Shown in pieces: positions 10,313 to 19,745 of a DNA stretch of 64,000 bases. Where the stretch lies: IMG/VR virus record IMGVR_UViG_3300046804_006785. One strand, given 5' to 3'. The position numbers and the translations under genes were made by a program. The notes below the pieces were generated by a model, which was not told the DNA's origin, ran no database searches, and was given only the letters and a program-made list of their open reading frames with translations. Numbering within the stretch: position 1 is the stretch's first letter; every line of letters begins with the position of its first letter. The stretch comes from a virus.

Positions 10313-10482
10313 TGTTTTTTTGCTCCTTTGCTTATGTCATAAATATAGTCTATCCACAAATAAAAGTCAATACTTAATTTAAAATATTTTATGCGTCACT
10401 TCCTATACCCGTATGATTGACAGAGAAAATTGGATAGACTATATAATATAGTGATAAACAAGATGACTAGGAGATTTTCACT

Positions 10483-10656
10483 ATGGCTTATGATCCTGAA
10501 GCCCAAGCCAAATACAACGCCACCGAAAAGGGTAAAGCCCGTAAGCGTAAGTGGCAACAGAATATGACTGAAGAGCAAAAGGCAAAAAAACGACTTGCCA
10601 ATAGGGAACACATGAGGCGTAAACGCGCTGAAGCTAAAGAACAAGAACAAGAATAA
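10483..10656 (+). CDS. Small basic helical protein (57 aa), candidate DNA-binding regulator; missed by the ORF track
   Basis: MAYDPEAQAKYNATEKGKARKRKWQQNMTEEQKAKKRLANREHMRRKRAEAKEQEQE; own TTGACA promoter, AGGAG RBS, downstream terminator. Confidence 0.75.
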   Translation: MAYDPEAQAKYNATEKGKARKRKWQQNMTEEQKAKKRLANREHMRRKRAEAKEQEQE

Positions 10657-10660
10657 AGCT

Positions 10661-10803
10661 AAAACCCTTGTAACTCAAGGGTTTTTTTATTTTAAGAAAA
10701 TATTTTAAATTATTTTAGAAAAACAGTTGACTTTTATTTGTGGATAGACTATAGTAATTACATAAGGATAAAACAACAAAGCAACGGAGAATAAAACAGA
10801 TGG
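10661..10803 (+). repeat. ~140-bp terminator+promoter+RBS direct repeat, copy 1
   Basis: Highly similar to 11219-11361; contains TTGAC and TGGATAGACTATA. Confidence 0.85.
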
Positions 10804-11213
10804 CTACTAAATTAAATGAAGTTAACCACCAAAAAGAAATTAGCAAGGCAATAAAAATTATAGAAAGTTACGAAAAGCAGGCACAAGGTGATGATGTTGT
10901 AAAAAGTTTTGAAGGAACTATCCCCTGGTATGAAAGACAAGCCTTAGATTACTTTTTTGATCACTGTAAATATGACAACGGGGTCTGGAAAGCAAACTTT
11001 AGAACCGGGTCTTATATATCAAACCAAAACCGGGTTCAAATAAGCTTTTTTATCAGCGATAAGAGAGTAGTAGAAGATTTAATGACGGAAGCTGGTTTTT
11101 TACCAGCAGAAATCGCTGCCATAATTGAACAATTTAAGGATAAGGACAACCTGAAGCCCCTTGGGGTTTTGTTGGAAAACAAGATGTTCACGCCGGACAG
11201 CATTGTTTTTTAA
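10800..11213 (+). CDS. Hypothetical protein
   Basis: 137 aa; GGAG RBS; flanked by the direct repeats. Confidence 0.7.
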   Translation: MATKLNEVNHQKEISKAIKIIESYEKQAQGDDVVKSFEGTIPWYERQALDYFFDHCKYDNGVWKANFRTGSYISNQNRVQISFFISDKRVVEDLMTEAGFLPAEIAAIIEQFKDKDNLKPLGVLLENKMFTPDSIVF

Positions 11214-11218
11214 GCCTG

Positions 11219-11361
11219 AAACCCTGATTAATTCAGGGTTTTTTTTACTTTAAAAAATATTTTAAATTATTTTGAAAAACCTATTGACAAATTAGTGGAT
11301 AGACTATATAGTAATTACATAAGGTTAAAACAACAAAGCGACGGAGAGTAAAAACAGATGG
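11219..11361 (+). repeat. ~140-bp terminator+promoter+RBS direct repeat, copy 2
   Basis: Highly similar to 10661-10803. Confidence 0.85.
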
Positions 11362-11486
11362 ATAACTATATAATTCATAAGACCTACATGGGATATGTAG
11401 CAGAAAGCAAAGATTTCAATAACTATCATCTTTTAATGGCAAAGACTCTAGAAGGTCAGGCAAGAATGTCACCATTGCAAAAATGA
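11358..11486 (+). CDS. Small hypothetical protein (42 aa), possibly a cassette remnant
   Basis: ATG at the same position in the repeat as gene 10800; MDNYIIHKTYMG...LQK. Confidence 0.4.
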   Translation: MDNYIIHKTYMGYVAESKDFNNYHLLMAKTLEGQARMSPLQK

Positions 11487-11537
11487 TTTAGAAAATATTT
11501 TATATACTAAAATAAAACCAGTATTTTAATCTCTAAA

Positions 11538-13025
11538 ATGACCTTATCCTTTGGCAAGCTTAACCCTAAGAATATAAAAAAAATTAAAAAAGCCACTATA
11601 GATAATCAGATGGTAGACACATCTGATTTTGAGGTCAATCTTCCTGCACCGTCACCTGGAGCGCAGGAAATGTTCTATAACACGCCCGCTGATGTGTGCA
11701 TATATGGTGGAGCCGCAGGCAGTGGCAAGAGTTTTTCAATGCTCTTAAAAGCGTCTAAATTCTTAAAAGTGCCAGGTTACGGTTCTGTTATTCTAAGACG
11801 GACTCGACCTGAGATAACTAACGAAGGCGGGTTATGGGATGAATCAAGAAATTTATATAAACTAATACCAAAAGCCCAAGCTAGGGAATATCAACTAGAC
11901 TGGGTTTTTCCTACTGGTAGTGCTATTAGTTTTGGACACGCTCAATATGAAAAAGATGTTGAGGATAAATATCCAGGTTCACAGATATGTCATCTTGGCT
12001 TTGACGAGTTAACAAAATTTACAGAGCGTCAATTCTGGTTTTTGTTCTCACGGAATAGATCAACCTGTGGCGTTAGACCTCGTATTGATGCAACCTGTAA
12101 CCCTGATGCCGATTCATGGGTAGCAAAGTTAGTAGCTTGGTACATTGATCAAGATACTGGCTACCCTATCGAAGAAAGATCGGGAGTCTTGAGGTATTTT
12201 TACCGGATCAATGGTGAGATTCATTGGGGTGATACAGAACAGGAATTAATGGATCAATTTCCAGACTTGGCGGCGATCGCACCACCTAAAAGTTTTACTT
12301 TTATCAAGGGGACTGTATATGATAACCCGCATCTATTAGAATCTAATCCTCAATATCTGCAAAACCTTTTATCGTTGCATCCTGTAGAAATGGAGCGACT
12401 ATTAAAAGGTAACTGGAAAATTAAATATGAAGCGGGAACTATATTTAATCGCCATTGGTTTGAAGTGGTTAACTCTGTTCCGGCTGGTGGACAAACTGTG
12501 GCTTTTTGGGACTTTGCCGCTACGTCGTCGGCTACAGCGTCAAAAAGTAGTTTCTACAGTGTACGGACTAAAATCAAGCTATACCAAGGCATCTATTATG
12601 TTCTTGATTGTTTTTGGGAACAGGTATCAGCGGATGACGGAGATAATTCAGTTTGGAAAATTGCCCAGCAAGATGGAACTGCTTGTAAGGTGCGCTGGGA
12701 ATTAGAAGGTGGTAGTGCTGGCAAACGTTACGAGTCATCGCTCAAACGTCAGTTAGTAGGTTTTGACGCTAGGGGTGTTAAGCCGTTAGGTGATAAGGTT
12801 ACACGCGCTATGCCTTTAGCTATTGCTGCTAAAGATGGAAAGGTGAAACTATTTAGAGGCGCGTGGAACGATCAATTTTTAGCGGCGTTACATGAATTTG
12901 ATGGTAGCAAAAAACCCCTAACTAACGATATTGTAGATAGTGCCGATGGTGCTTTTGGTGAGTTACAAGAATCTACTCCGCGTAGTAGTTTTGTTGGTGG
13001 TAAGATTCATAATCCATTTAGTTAA
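11538..13025 (+). CDS. terL: Terminase large subunit
   Basis: Walker A YGGAAGSGKS; Walker B FDELT; ATCNP; nuclease motifs WDFAA and NDIVDS. Confidence 0.95.
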   Translation: MTLSFGKLNPKNIKKIKKATIDNQMVDTSDFEVNLPAPSPGAQEMFYNTPADVCIYGGAAGSGKSFSMLLKASKFLKVPGYGSVILRRTRPEITNEGGLWDESRNLYKLIPKAQAREYQLDWVFPTGSAISFGHAQYEKDVEDKYPGSQICHLGFDELTKFTERQFWFLFSRNRSTCGVRPRIDATCNPDADSWVAKLVAWYIDQDTGYPIEERSGVLRYFYRINGEIHWGDTEQELMDQFPDLAAIAPPKSFTFIKGTVYDNPHLLESNPQYLQNLLSLHPVEMERLLKGNWKIKYEAGTIFNRHWFEVVNSVPAGGQTVAFWDFAATSSATASKSSFYSVRTKIKLYQGIYYVLDCFWEQVSADDGDNSVWKIAQQDGTACKVRWELEGGSAGKRYESSLKRQLVGFDARGVKPLGDKVTRAMPLAIAAKDGKVKLFRGAWNDQFLAALHEFDGSKKPLTNDIVDSADGAFGELQESTPRSSFVGGKIHNPFS

Positions 13026-13030
13026 ACTTG

Positions 13031-14434
13031 TTAAAGTTTATTATCATAGGCTGAATGTGTCCTTCCCATTGGCAGATTTGGTGATATAGCAGATCCGTAA
13101 AGTCGGGCTGTTGTTGAATTGTGAGGGACTGTAAATACGCGCCTATCTGCAATCAAAATACCACCAGCAAAAGCACCACTACCAGGATAAGTGACACTAG
13201 GTGTAGTAGTTGCATCTGACATAGAGCCATATATTCTTGCTGTAGTAGAGTTGAAAGGAATAAGAAACACTTGTCCATCTGGTAATAACACGCCACTTGC
13301 AAAAGCACCATTACCAGGATATGTAGAGTTAGATGTGATTAGTGTATTAATTGATGGATCGTATATCATCGCGCTTGTAGCATTGAACGGTACACAGAAT
13401 ACTCGACCATCTGGTAATAATACACCACCAATAAAAGCGTTATTGCCTGGATAAGTACCCGTAGGGGTAATTACTGTATTTGCTAAAGGATCATAAATTC
13501 TTGCTGTAGTAGAGTTGTGTGGTACACAGAATACCCTTCCATCTAGCATCAATACACCACCAGCAAAAGCAGCGTTTCCTGGATAAGTACCATTAGGTGT
13601 AATTAATGTGTTAGCCGTTGGATCGTATATTCTTGCTGTAGTGGATCTAAATGGTACACAGAAAACTCTACCATCTGGCAGCAACACACCACCATAGAAA
13701 GATTGACCACCTGGATAAGTGCCGTTAGGTGTAGTTAATGTGTCAGTAGAGGCGTTGTATATTCTAGCTGTAGTAGAGTTGAAAGGAATAAGAAATACCC
13801 GACCATCAGGCAACAAAACACCACCAGAAAAAGCATCATTCCCAGGATAAGTACCGCTAGGAGTGGTCAGCGTGTTAGTAGATGGGTTAAATATTCTAGC
13901 TGTTGTTGATTTAAACGGAATACAAAATACTCTATTGTCTGATAACAATACACCACCATAGAAAGCGTTACTGCCAGGGTAAGTACCATTAGGTGTAGTT
14001 AATGTATCAGTTATAGCACCGTAATTGAATTGCCGAACATCAATAAATTTAGCAGTTGGTGCTAGTGGGAAGTAGCGGAAGTCTAAAGTATCATCTTCTG
14101 TAAAACTAGGCCGGAAAACTTGAACTAAACTTAGGTCTAATGTGAATACTTCTATATTCTGACAAGTCCATTTAAAAGACTCACAGCAATATAATGCACC
14201 GTTAAAAATTATGGGTTGTCCTAAGTTAGTGGTAAGAAAATTATCTATCTCTATGTATTCTGTAAACTTAGTCACTACTAATGATAGTGCCTGTGTTTTG
14301 GCAACTTGGTTAATTTGGTTTCTGTTGCCTTTCTCATCTACACCACCATAGTAATTTTGAGTTAGATATGAAGATTCAAAGCTGAGAGCATTTTCCCAGC
14401 TTAGTTTAAGGGAATTAGGGGCAGTAGCAAACAT
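13031..14434 (-). CDS. Divergent gpM/Dit-like N-terminal domain fused to a 7-bladed kelch-like beta-propeller
   Basis: First ~110 aa resemble a distal tail protein (..IDNFL..N.GQP...YCCESFKW....FTLDLSLVQVFRP); seven GGVLLPDGRVFCVP repeats. Confidence 0.7.
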   Translation of the reverse strand: MFATAPNSLKLSWENALSFESSYLTQNYYGGVDEKGNRNQINQVAKTQALSLVVTKFTEYIEIDNFLTTNLGQPIIFNGALYCCESFKWTCQNIEVFTLDLSLVQVFRPSFTEDDTLDFRYFPLAPTAKFIDVRQFNYGAITDTLTTPNGTYPGSNAFYGGVLLSDNRVFCIPFKSTTARIFNPSTNTLTTPSGTYPGNDAFSGGVLLPDGRVFLIPFNSTTARIYNASTDTLTTPNGTYPGGQSFYGGVLLPDGRVFCVPFRSTTARIYDPTANTLITPNGTYPGNAAFAGGVLMLDGRVFCVPHNSTTARIYDPLANTVITPTGTYPGNNAFIGGVLLPDGRVFCVPFNATSAMIYDPSINTLITSNSTYPGNGAFASGVLLPDGQVFLIPFNSTTARIYGSMSDATTTPSVTYPGSGAFAGGILIADRRVFTVPHNSTTARLYGSAISPNLPMGRTHSAYDNKL

Positions 14435-14435
14435 A

Positions 14436-14699
14436 TTATTTAGGGAGAATTTGATTTATAGGTACATCTAATGCACGAGCGATCGCTTCAATTTCGCTAT
14501 AGGCAATTGATTGTCTTCTAGACTCGCGATGTTGAAATAAGTTTTCAATAGCAGATATGACTTCTACAGTTTTTCCTACTTTAGAGGCTAACTGTTTCCT
14601 AGACATATTTTTTTGTTCTCTACAGATAAAAATGTGTATTCCTATCTTTTCTTCTGCTGTGAGATTATCATAGACATTGGCATCAGCAATAATAGTCAT
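14436..14699 (-). CDS. XRE-family HTH regulator
   Basis: REQKNMSRKQLASKVGKTVEVISAIEN...IARALDVPINQIL. Confidence 0.85.
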   Translation of the reverse strand: MTIIADANVYDNLTAEEKIGIHIFICREQKNMSRKQLASKVGKTVEVISAIENLFQHRESRRQSIAYSEIEAIARALDVPINQILPK

Positions 14700-14734
14700 A
14701 TTTTAAATTGTAACTCCATTGATTATTATACATG

Positions 14735-14778
14735 AGTATTGGTGAAAATCGCGGTTATTAGTGGTTTTCACTAATACT
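14735..14778 (+). promoter_or_regulatory. 18-bp hairpin/operator in the divergent intergenic region
   Basis: AGTATTGGTGAAAATCGC-8nt-GTGGTTTTCACTAATACT; its three non-Watson-Crick positions are G-U pairs on the + strand. Confidence 0.55.
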
Positions 14779-14837
14779 GATACAAAGATATATATTATTG
14801 TTGCTAGTATGGTTGTAGTTATAAAAATTTTCACTTT

Positions 14838-16034
14838 ATGGCTACAAAAAATAAATCGTTATTAACTAAATTTTTATCTACAGATTTACAATTGAACCGT
14901 GAAGAAAGAACTGTTGGTTTTTCCTTTACTTCTAAAAGTAATATCTGTGAAAGATATAGTTACTCAGAACTTCCAGATGGCGCGAGCGTTATCTTTGATG
15001 AGTACCTATCCCATGATCCTGAAGCTTGGGATCTAACTAGAGTTACTAACAATGCCTGTCCTTTCCTTAAAAATCATGCTCGCGGTCAGAAAATCGGCAT
15101 TATTAAGAATGTATCTTTAGATGGTGAGAAAGGTACTTGCATAACAAAGTTATCTAAAAATGCTTTAGCCGATCAATTCATATCTGATATTGAAGATGGA
15201 ACTTGCGGCGGGATTAGCTTTGGCTACATGGTAGAAGAATACAAGGTTATTACACCTGCTGAATATTCTATTGATGATGATGGCTATAGAAAGCTAACTA
15301 AAAAAGCACTTTTAGAAGCCACAAAAATAGTTTTATTTGAAATTTCATCTGAAGACATACCCGCAGATCCAACTGTTGGCTATGGTAAATCTTTTGTTGA
15401 ATTAGACAATGTAACTATTGATGGAAACCCTAATTTTTATCCACAATTACAAGAAAAAACCATGAATCAACCTGATACTAAGTCTCTAGAGTTAGAGTTA
15501 GCCTCTACTAAGTCTGCATTATCAGAGGCTGATAATCTTAATGCTTCCCTAAAATCTAAACAGGAAGTTTTAATTAGTGAAAATAGCAACCTGCAAGCTA
15601 AACAACAAATCCTAGTTAGCGAAAATGGTAAGTTAGCTGAACAAGTTAAACAGTTTGAATGGCTCTTAGAACAAAAAGCTGAAATCATTTCTAATTTTGA
15701 GAAAAAAGAATTAGTAGCTAGTCGTTACTATGATTTACGTCAAAAAGCAGAAGATTTAGTATCTCAAGCTAAATTGTCCGGTAGTGAGTTCAATGAATTA
15801 TTCTCTACTGTTCCCAGTGAGGATATTGAGATTCATACTAAGTCTCAAACCGACAAACTTGGTTATATTGATTTTCACTTAAGTTTGATTGAAAAACGAG
15901 CTAAACCGCTAATCAATCTTGAACAATCTATTAAAGAACCAGTTTCTAATCCTGGACAAATTGATTTTAAACAGATTGAATCCCATGCAGCGGAACTGCT
16001 TAAAACTGTAAATCAATCACCTATCTTTATGTAA
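14838..16034 (+). CDS. Prohead protease (HK97-type) with C-terminal scaffold
   Basis: PFLKNH, GISFGYMV and FEISSEDIPADPTVG protease motifs, then a coiled coil. Confidence 0.85.
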   Translation: MATKNKSLLTKFLSTDLQLNREERTVGFSFTSKSNICERYSYSELPDGASVIFDEYLSHDPEAWDLTRVTNNACPFLKNHARGQKIGIIKNVSLDGEKGTCITKLSKNALADQFISDIEDGTCGGISFGYMVEEYKVITPAEYSIDDDGYRKLTKKALLEATKIVLFEISSEDIPADPTVGYGKSFVELDNVTIDGNPNFYPQLQEKTMNQPDTKSLELELASTKSALSEADNLNASLKSKQEVLISENSNLQAKQQILVSENGKLAEQVKQFEWLLEQKAEIISNFEKKELVASRYYDLRQKAEDLVSQAKLSGSEFNELFSTVPSEDIEIHTKSQTDKLGYIDFHLSLIEKRAKPLINLEQSIKEPVSNPGQIDFKQIESHAAELLKTVNQSPIFM

Positions 16035-16045
16035 GGTTATAAAAA

Positions 16046-16978
16046 ATGAGACACGAAACCTACGTTTACGATGACGAGTTATCTGGTTTTTTACCTGTAC
16101 TAGCTAGATCCGAAGCTATTGCTACTCGCTACCAATCTTTAGATTCTGATTATGTCACTGGTAAAGAGGGTGCTATTAGAAAACTGGTCAAGATTTTCGC
16201 CCCTGGTTTTTTTGCTGGTAGTATTCCTGGTTCTTCAAAAGCTCGGATTTTACCACGCATGACAACTGTTGCTGCCACTGCTGCTAGTGGTACAAGTGTT
16301 ACATTTAAATCTGGTACTGCGGGTATTTTTATACCTGGCGATGTCCTCTCTATTATTCCTCCAACTGCACGAGTTAACGTTGCTTCTGCTAGTGGCGGTT
16401 GGGCTGCGGGTGATACTGTCACATTAACTATCAATGGACAAGCTTTAGTCTATACCGTCGTTAGTGGTGATAATGGCGGATCTTTGACCGCAACTAACGC
16501 CAATGTAGCTAATAAGCTAATCGTAGCCATCAATGCTAATCCTTATCTATCTAGTTTAGTTAGTGGTTTAGCTATAGCTGGTTCTGGCACTAGCACAGAT
16601 ATTGTTTTGTGGGCTAAAGATTTTACCAGTGTATATAGTTTAGCTGCGGCTGATACTGCTACTAATGGTACTGTTACTGCTTCGGCTGCTAATCTTGCAC
16701 CAAATACCGTAGTGGGAACTATCTCTGCTGTTAATACTGCTACTGATGTAGTTACTATTAGCGCGGCGGCTGTGTCTGTTCCTTCTGGTATGCCTTTAGG
16801 TGTTTCTACAAGTTTACCTGATAATTTAGGTATGCTTTCCCCATCTATTCCCATTGACTTGTTATACAGAGAGAGTCAAAATTTCGGTTTATACATAGAT
16901 ACCGACGTTTATCTAAACCGACTTCCCTACATAGATGGTCAATTGACTGCGTTGTATTCTCAAATCAATTTAGTTTAG
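16046..16978 (+). CDS. Head decoration protein with inserted beta-rich domain
   Basis: Lies between protease and MCP; rich in small residues; split core around an inserted segment (aa ~105-220). Confidence 0.6.
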   Translation: MRHETYVYDDELSGFLPVLARSEAIATRYQSLDSDYVTGKEGAIRKLVKIFAPGFFAGSIPGSSKARILPRMTTVAATAASGTSVTFKSGTAGIFIPGDVLSIIPPTARVNVASASGGWAAGDTVTLTINGQALVYTVVSGDNGGSLTATNANVANKLIVAINANPYLSSLVSGLAIAGSGTSTDIVLWAKDFTSVYSLAAADTATNGTVTASAANLAPNTVVGTISAVNTATDVVTISAAAVSVPSGMPLGVSTSLPDNLGMLSPSIPIDLLYRESQNFGLYIDTDVYLNRLPYIDGQLTALYSQINLV

Positions 16979-16991
16979 GTGGTGCTAAAAG

Positions 16992-18152
16992 ATGCCTTCA
17001 ATTATTGAATTAGTAAACAATCAACCTGGTGTAGTTCAGCGTGCTATTGACTTGCAGCTTTCTACAGTCTCCAGTACAGGCGAGGTCTACCGCGACGGTT
17101 ATCCTGACCCCGCATTAAATCGCTTCTTTCCTTTTGTCCAATATTCAGATCCTATCCTTGCGTTATTAAAGTTGCGTTCCTATACCCCTACTGTGGGTTA
17201 TGTAGTGGCAACTGATGGCGACATTCCTAAAGATAGCGAGCGCATCACTGTTACTCAAGAAACCTTTGGTAACTTTAAACTAGCTAAATCTCGCTTAATC
17301 ACTGAAGAAGATTTTATTGTTGCTCGTCAAGCTGAACAATTGGCTTTGACTGGTAATGGTCAAGCTGCCGAAGCTATTCGCAATATGTTCTTAGCTGTTC
17401 CGGCAATGCTTACCCAATCTCTGATTAACTTGCATACTGTAATGTCTTTACAGGTTGCTTGTACAGGTGCTTGTAATTATGCTGATCCTGTGTCAGGTAT
17501 TACAGCTAATCTTAGCTACATTGGCCAAATTCCTCAAAACAACTTAGCAACTGCTTTGACAGGTTCAGCAGTATGGAGTAATTGGGTAACAGCTAACGGT
17601 ATCAACGATATTGTTAACCACATGAACGATTACTACAACAACCTGAAAAAGTTCCCTCCGTTTATTGTCATGTCTCGTAAAACAGCTAACGACCTACGGA
17701 ATCAGAACAGCACTAAGGCAATTGTGGCTCGTAATACTGGCGTGTTAATGGAAGTTGGTGCGCCTGACGCTGCTGCTGTTGGTCAATTACCTCCTCCATC
17801 TTTAGAGGCTGTGAGTGATGCAATTAACAAGCGTTTGATCGCTGGCGGTGGTCAGTATGGAACTACTCAGATCATCGTATCTGATGCTTTCTACTACCAA
17901 CGTGGTGCTACTGTGTCCGGCACTCAAACCCTTCCTTATATTCCTGCTAATCACTATTTCTTTGCTACCGATAACTATATTGAACGGGCAATTGTACCTA
18001 CTGCGTCTAATAACTTTGCAGGTGGTTTAGTTACAACTACCGAAATAGTTAGTAAAGAACCACCCCAAGAAAAAATTACCGTAGCAGGTCGTGGATTTCC
18101 CTTAGTACCAGATCCTCGGTTTATCGGTGCAAGAAAAGTGGAAGTAGCTTAG
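16992..18152 (+). CDS. Major capsid protein (lambda gpE-like)
   Basis: 386 aa after protease and decoration genes; synteny and sequence character (e.g. C-terminal KEPPQEKITVAGRGFPLV). Confidence 0.8.
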   Translation: MPSIIELVNNQPGVVQRAIDLQLSTVSSTGEVYRDGYPDPALNRFFPFVQYSDPILALLKLRSYTPTVGYVVATDGDIPKDSERITVTQETFGNFKLAKSRLITEEDFIVARQAEQLALTGNGQAAEAIRNMFLAVPAMLTQSLINLHTVMSLQVACTGACNYADPVSGITANLSYIGQIPQNNLATALTGSAVWSNWVTANGINDIVNHMNDYYNNLKKFPPFIVMSRKTANDLRNQNSTKAIVARNTGVLMEVGAPDAAAVGQLPPPSLEAVSDAINKRLIAGGGQYGTTQIIVSDAFYYQRGATVSGTQTLPYIPANHYFFATDNYIERAIVPTASNNFAGGLVTTTEIVSKEPPQEKITVAGRGFPLVPDPRFIGARKVEVA

Positions 18153-18562
18153 TGCTGTGACCATCGGATCTTGTTAGTGCCTGTTGTTCCAGTGATGGAA
18201 GTTCCTTTTGTAAAAGATGCCCTTTCATCACTGGAATAAGTAACTATTTTTAAGAGTCGTTGGTATTCTAAACCGTATTTGCTCAAAGCGTAACTATTGT
18301 CGGATAACTGTTGTAATTCTACCCTGTAAGAATCATCTTCTACTTCTAAAATTCTTAATGTTCCTGCCGTGTAGTCGCTGTTTTCACTAGGTTTAGTAAT
18401 GGAGATTTTATGAGCTATTAGTAACTCGGTTGCTGTGTTTTTTAAAGTTCCCCAATTATAAATATTTATTTCTGACAGAACGTCAGTCATAAATAAATCA
18501 AACTTAGTTTCCTCACCTGCAAATTCTGGATATTTAACAATAAAATCAGCAAAGTAAATCAT
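18149..18562 (-). CDS. Head-tail adaptor (DUF4054-like), on the antisense strand
   Basis: DFIVKYPEF, ATELLIAHKI and SKYGLEYQRL motifs; canonical position after the MCP but reversed. Confidence 0.8.
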   Translation of the reverse strand: MIYFADFIVKYPEFAGEETKFDLFMTDVLSEINIYNWGTLKNTATELLIAHKISITKPSENSDYTAGTLRILEVEDDSYRVELQQLSDNSYALSKYGLEYQRLLKIVTYSSDERASFTKGTSITGTTGTNKIRWSQH

Positions 18563-18986
18563 GATAGAGTCCTATGTTTCCCAAACTATTGGTTATGTGA
18601 ATAAGCCGCATTTTGCGACTAATTTAATCTTAACTTTTAAAGTGGGTGGCGGACAATTTATTGAGGATGCTGTGGGTAATTTAGTTGAAAGTTCTACTAA
18701 TGTTGTAGTGACAGCAACGGTAAGCAATGACTCTCAACCTAGCGTTATTCCTGAAGTGGCAGAAATAGGACAGCAAGTTATGCGACTTAAAGGCAGATTA
18801 ACTTCAGAGTTACCTCCAGAAATCAGTTACGAGTCTATAGCAACGGGAGTTTTAACTGATGCTCAAGGAATGGAAACCATAGGGATATGGCGATTCAGAC
18901 CTGTTGCTCAGAACCGGATCACTAATTATTTAATAGCTAGAAATAAATATATTGAAGGTACTTTAACAATAGCTAGTAAGGTGTAA
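18561..18986 (+). CDS. Head closure protein (putative)
   Basis: 141 aa; EDAVGN motif; position in the neck module. Confidence 0.55.
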   Translation: MIESYVSQTIGYVNKPHFATNLILTFKVGGGQFIEDAVGNLVESSTNVVVTATVSNDSQPSVIPEVAEIGQQVMRLKGRLTSELPPEISYESIATGVLTDAQGMETIGIWRFRPVAQNRITNYLIARNKYIEGTLTIASKV

Positions 18987-18990
18987 AGAA

Positions 18991-19386
18991 ATGGTAGAAG
19001 TTAACTGGAATCAAATTAATATTCCTAAAAAACTTAAGGCAATTCATTCTTGGAATACACCTTATGCTGCTATGGTTCATGAGGGTACAACTTCTGTTAA
19101 TGGTAATGTAAAACCTGCCCGACCTTGGGTAGATGTAGCTATCAAAGAATATGATTTTTTAGAAAATTATGCTGATGGTTTTTCCCAATCTGAAAGCTTC
19201 AAAGAGGCATTTTTAAAAATGTCCGAAGGATTTGGAGAAAACTGTCAATTAAATATTAGCGATACTAGGTGGCAATGGCCGCGCACTACTGTTAGAAAAA
19301 GTGGTGCTGTTGTTGATTCTCCTCGAGATATCGTTGATACGGGTGCGTTGAAAAATTCTTATCAGGTGCAGTATGAAAGTAGCTGA
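18991..19386 (+). CDS. Neck/tail-completion protein (HK97 gp10-like)
   Basis: PYAAMVHEG, PARPW and PRDIVDTGALKNS motifs. Confidence 0.75.
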   Translation: MVEVNWNQINIPKKLKAIHSWNTPYAAMVHEGTTSVNGNVKPARPWVDVAIKEYDFLENYADGFSQSESFKEAFLKMSEGFGENCQLNISDTRWQWPRTTVRKSGAVVDSPRDIVDTGALKNSYQVQYESS

Positions 19387-19741
19387 TTTAAGAAGAATTT
19401 TAACCACTTTGTTAGCTACGGAGCTAGGTGTTTACTCAAATGGAACTCCCTCTGTTTGGGTTTATGGTAGTTCTTCTCAACCGCCTTCATCTAGTAACGG
19501 GCTTGAATGTTTGATTAAAGAAACTCCCGATACTGTAGCTATGGCTACTAGTGCCGGGTATAAGTACAAACCACAATTATGGGAAGTGACTTTAAGGAAT
19601 TGGGCTAAAAACTCTAATTTACCTCTAGCAGTTTCCAAAATTGAAAAACGTTTTAATGTGACTCGCTATACCCATCTTCCGGCAGCGTCTGACACTTTAG
19701 AACAAAGCAGAATCCTCATTTTTGACCCTATTGTAATTTAA
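19373..19741 (+). CDS. Tail terminator (putative)
   Basis: 122 aa; position before the tail tube genes. Confidence 0.5.
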   Translation: MKVADLRRILTTLLATELGVYSNGTPSVWVYGSSSQPPSSSNGLECLIKETPDTVAMATSAGYKYKPQLWEVTLRNWAKNSNLPLAVSKIEKRFNVTRYTHLPAASDTLEQSRILIFDPIVI

Positions 19742-19745
19742 TGTT

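Noticed and set aside
10396-10650. 84-aa minus-strand hydrophobic ORF
   Set aside because: Antisense shadow of the 57-aa plus-strand gene, which has a promoter, RBS and terminator
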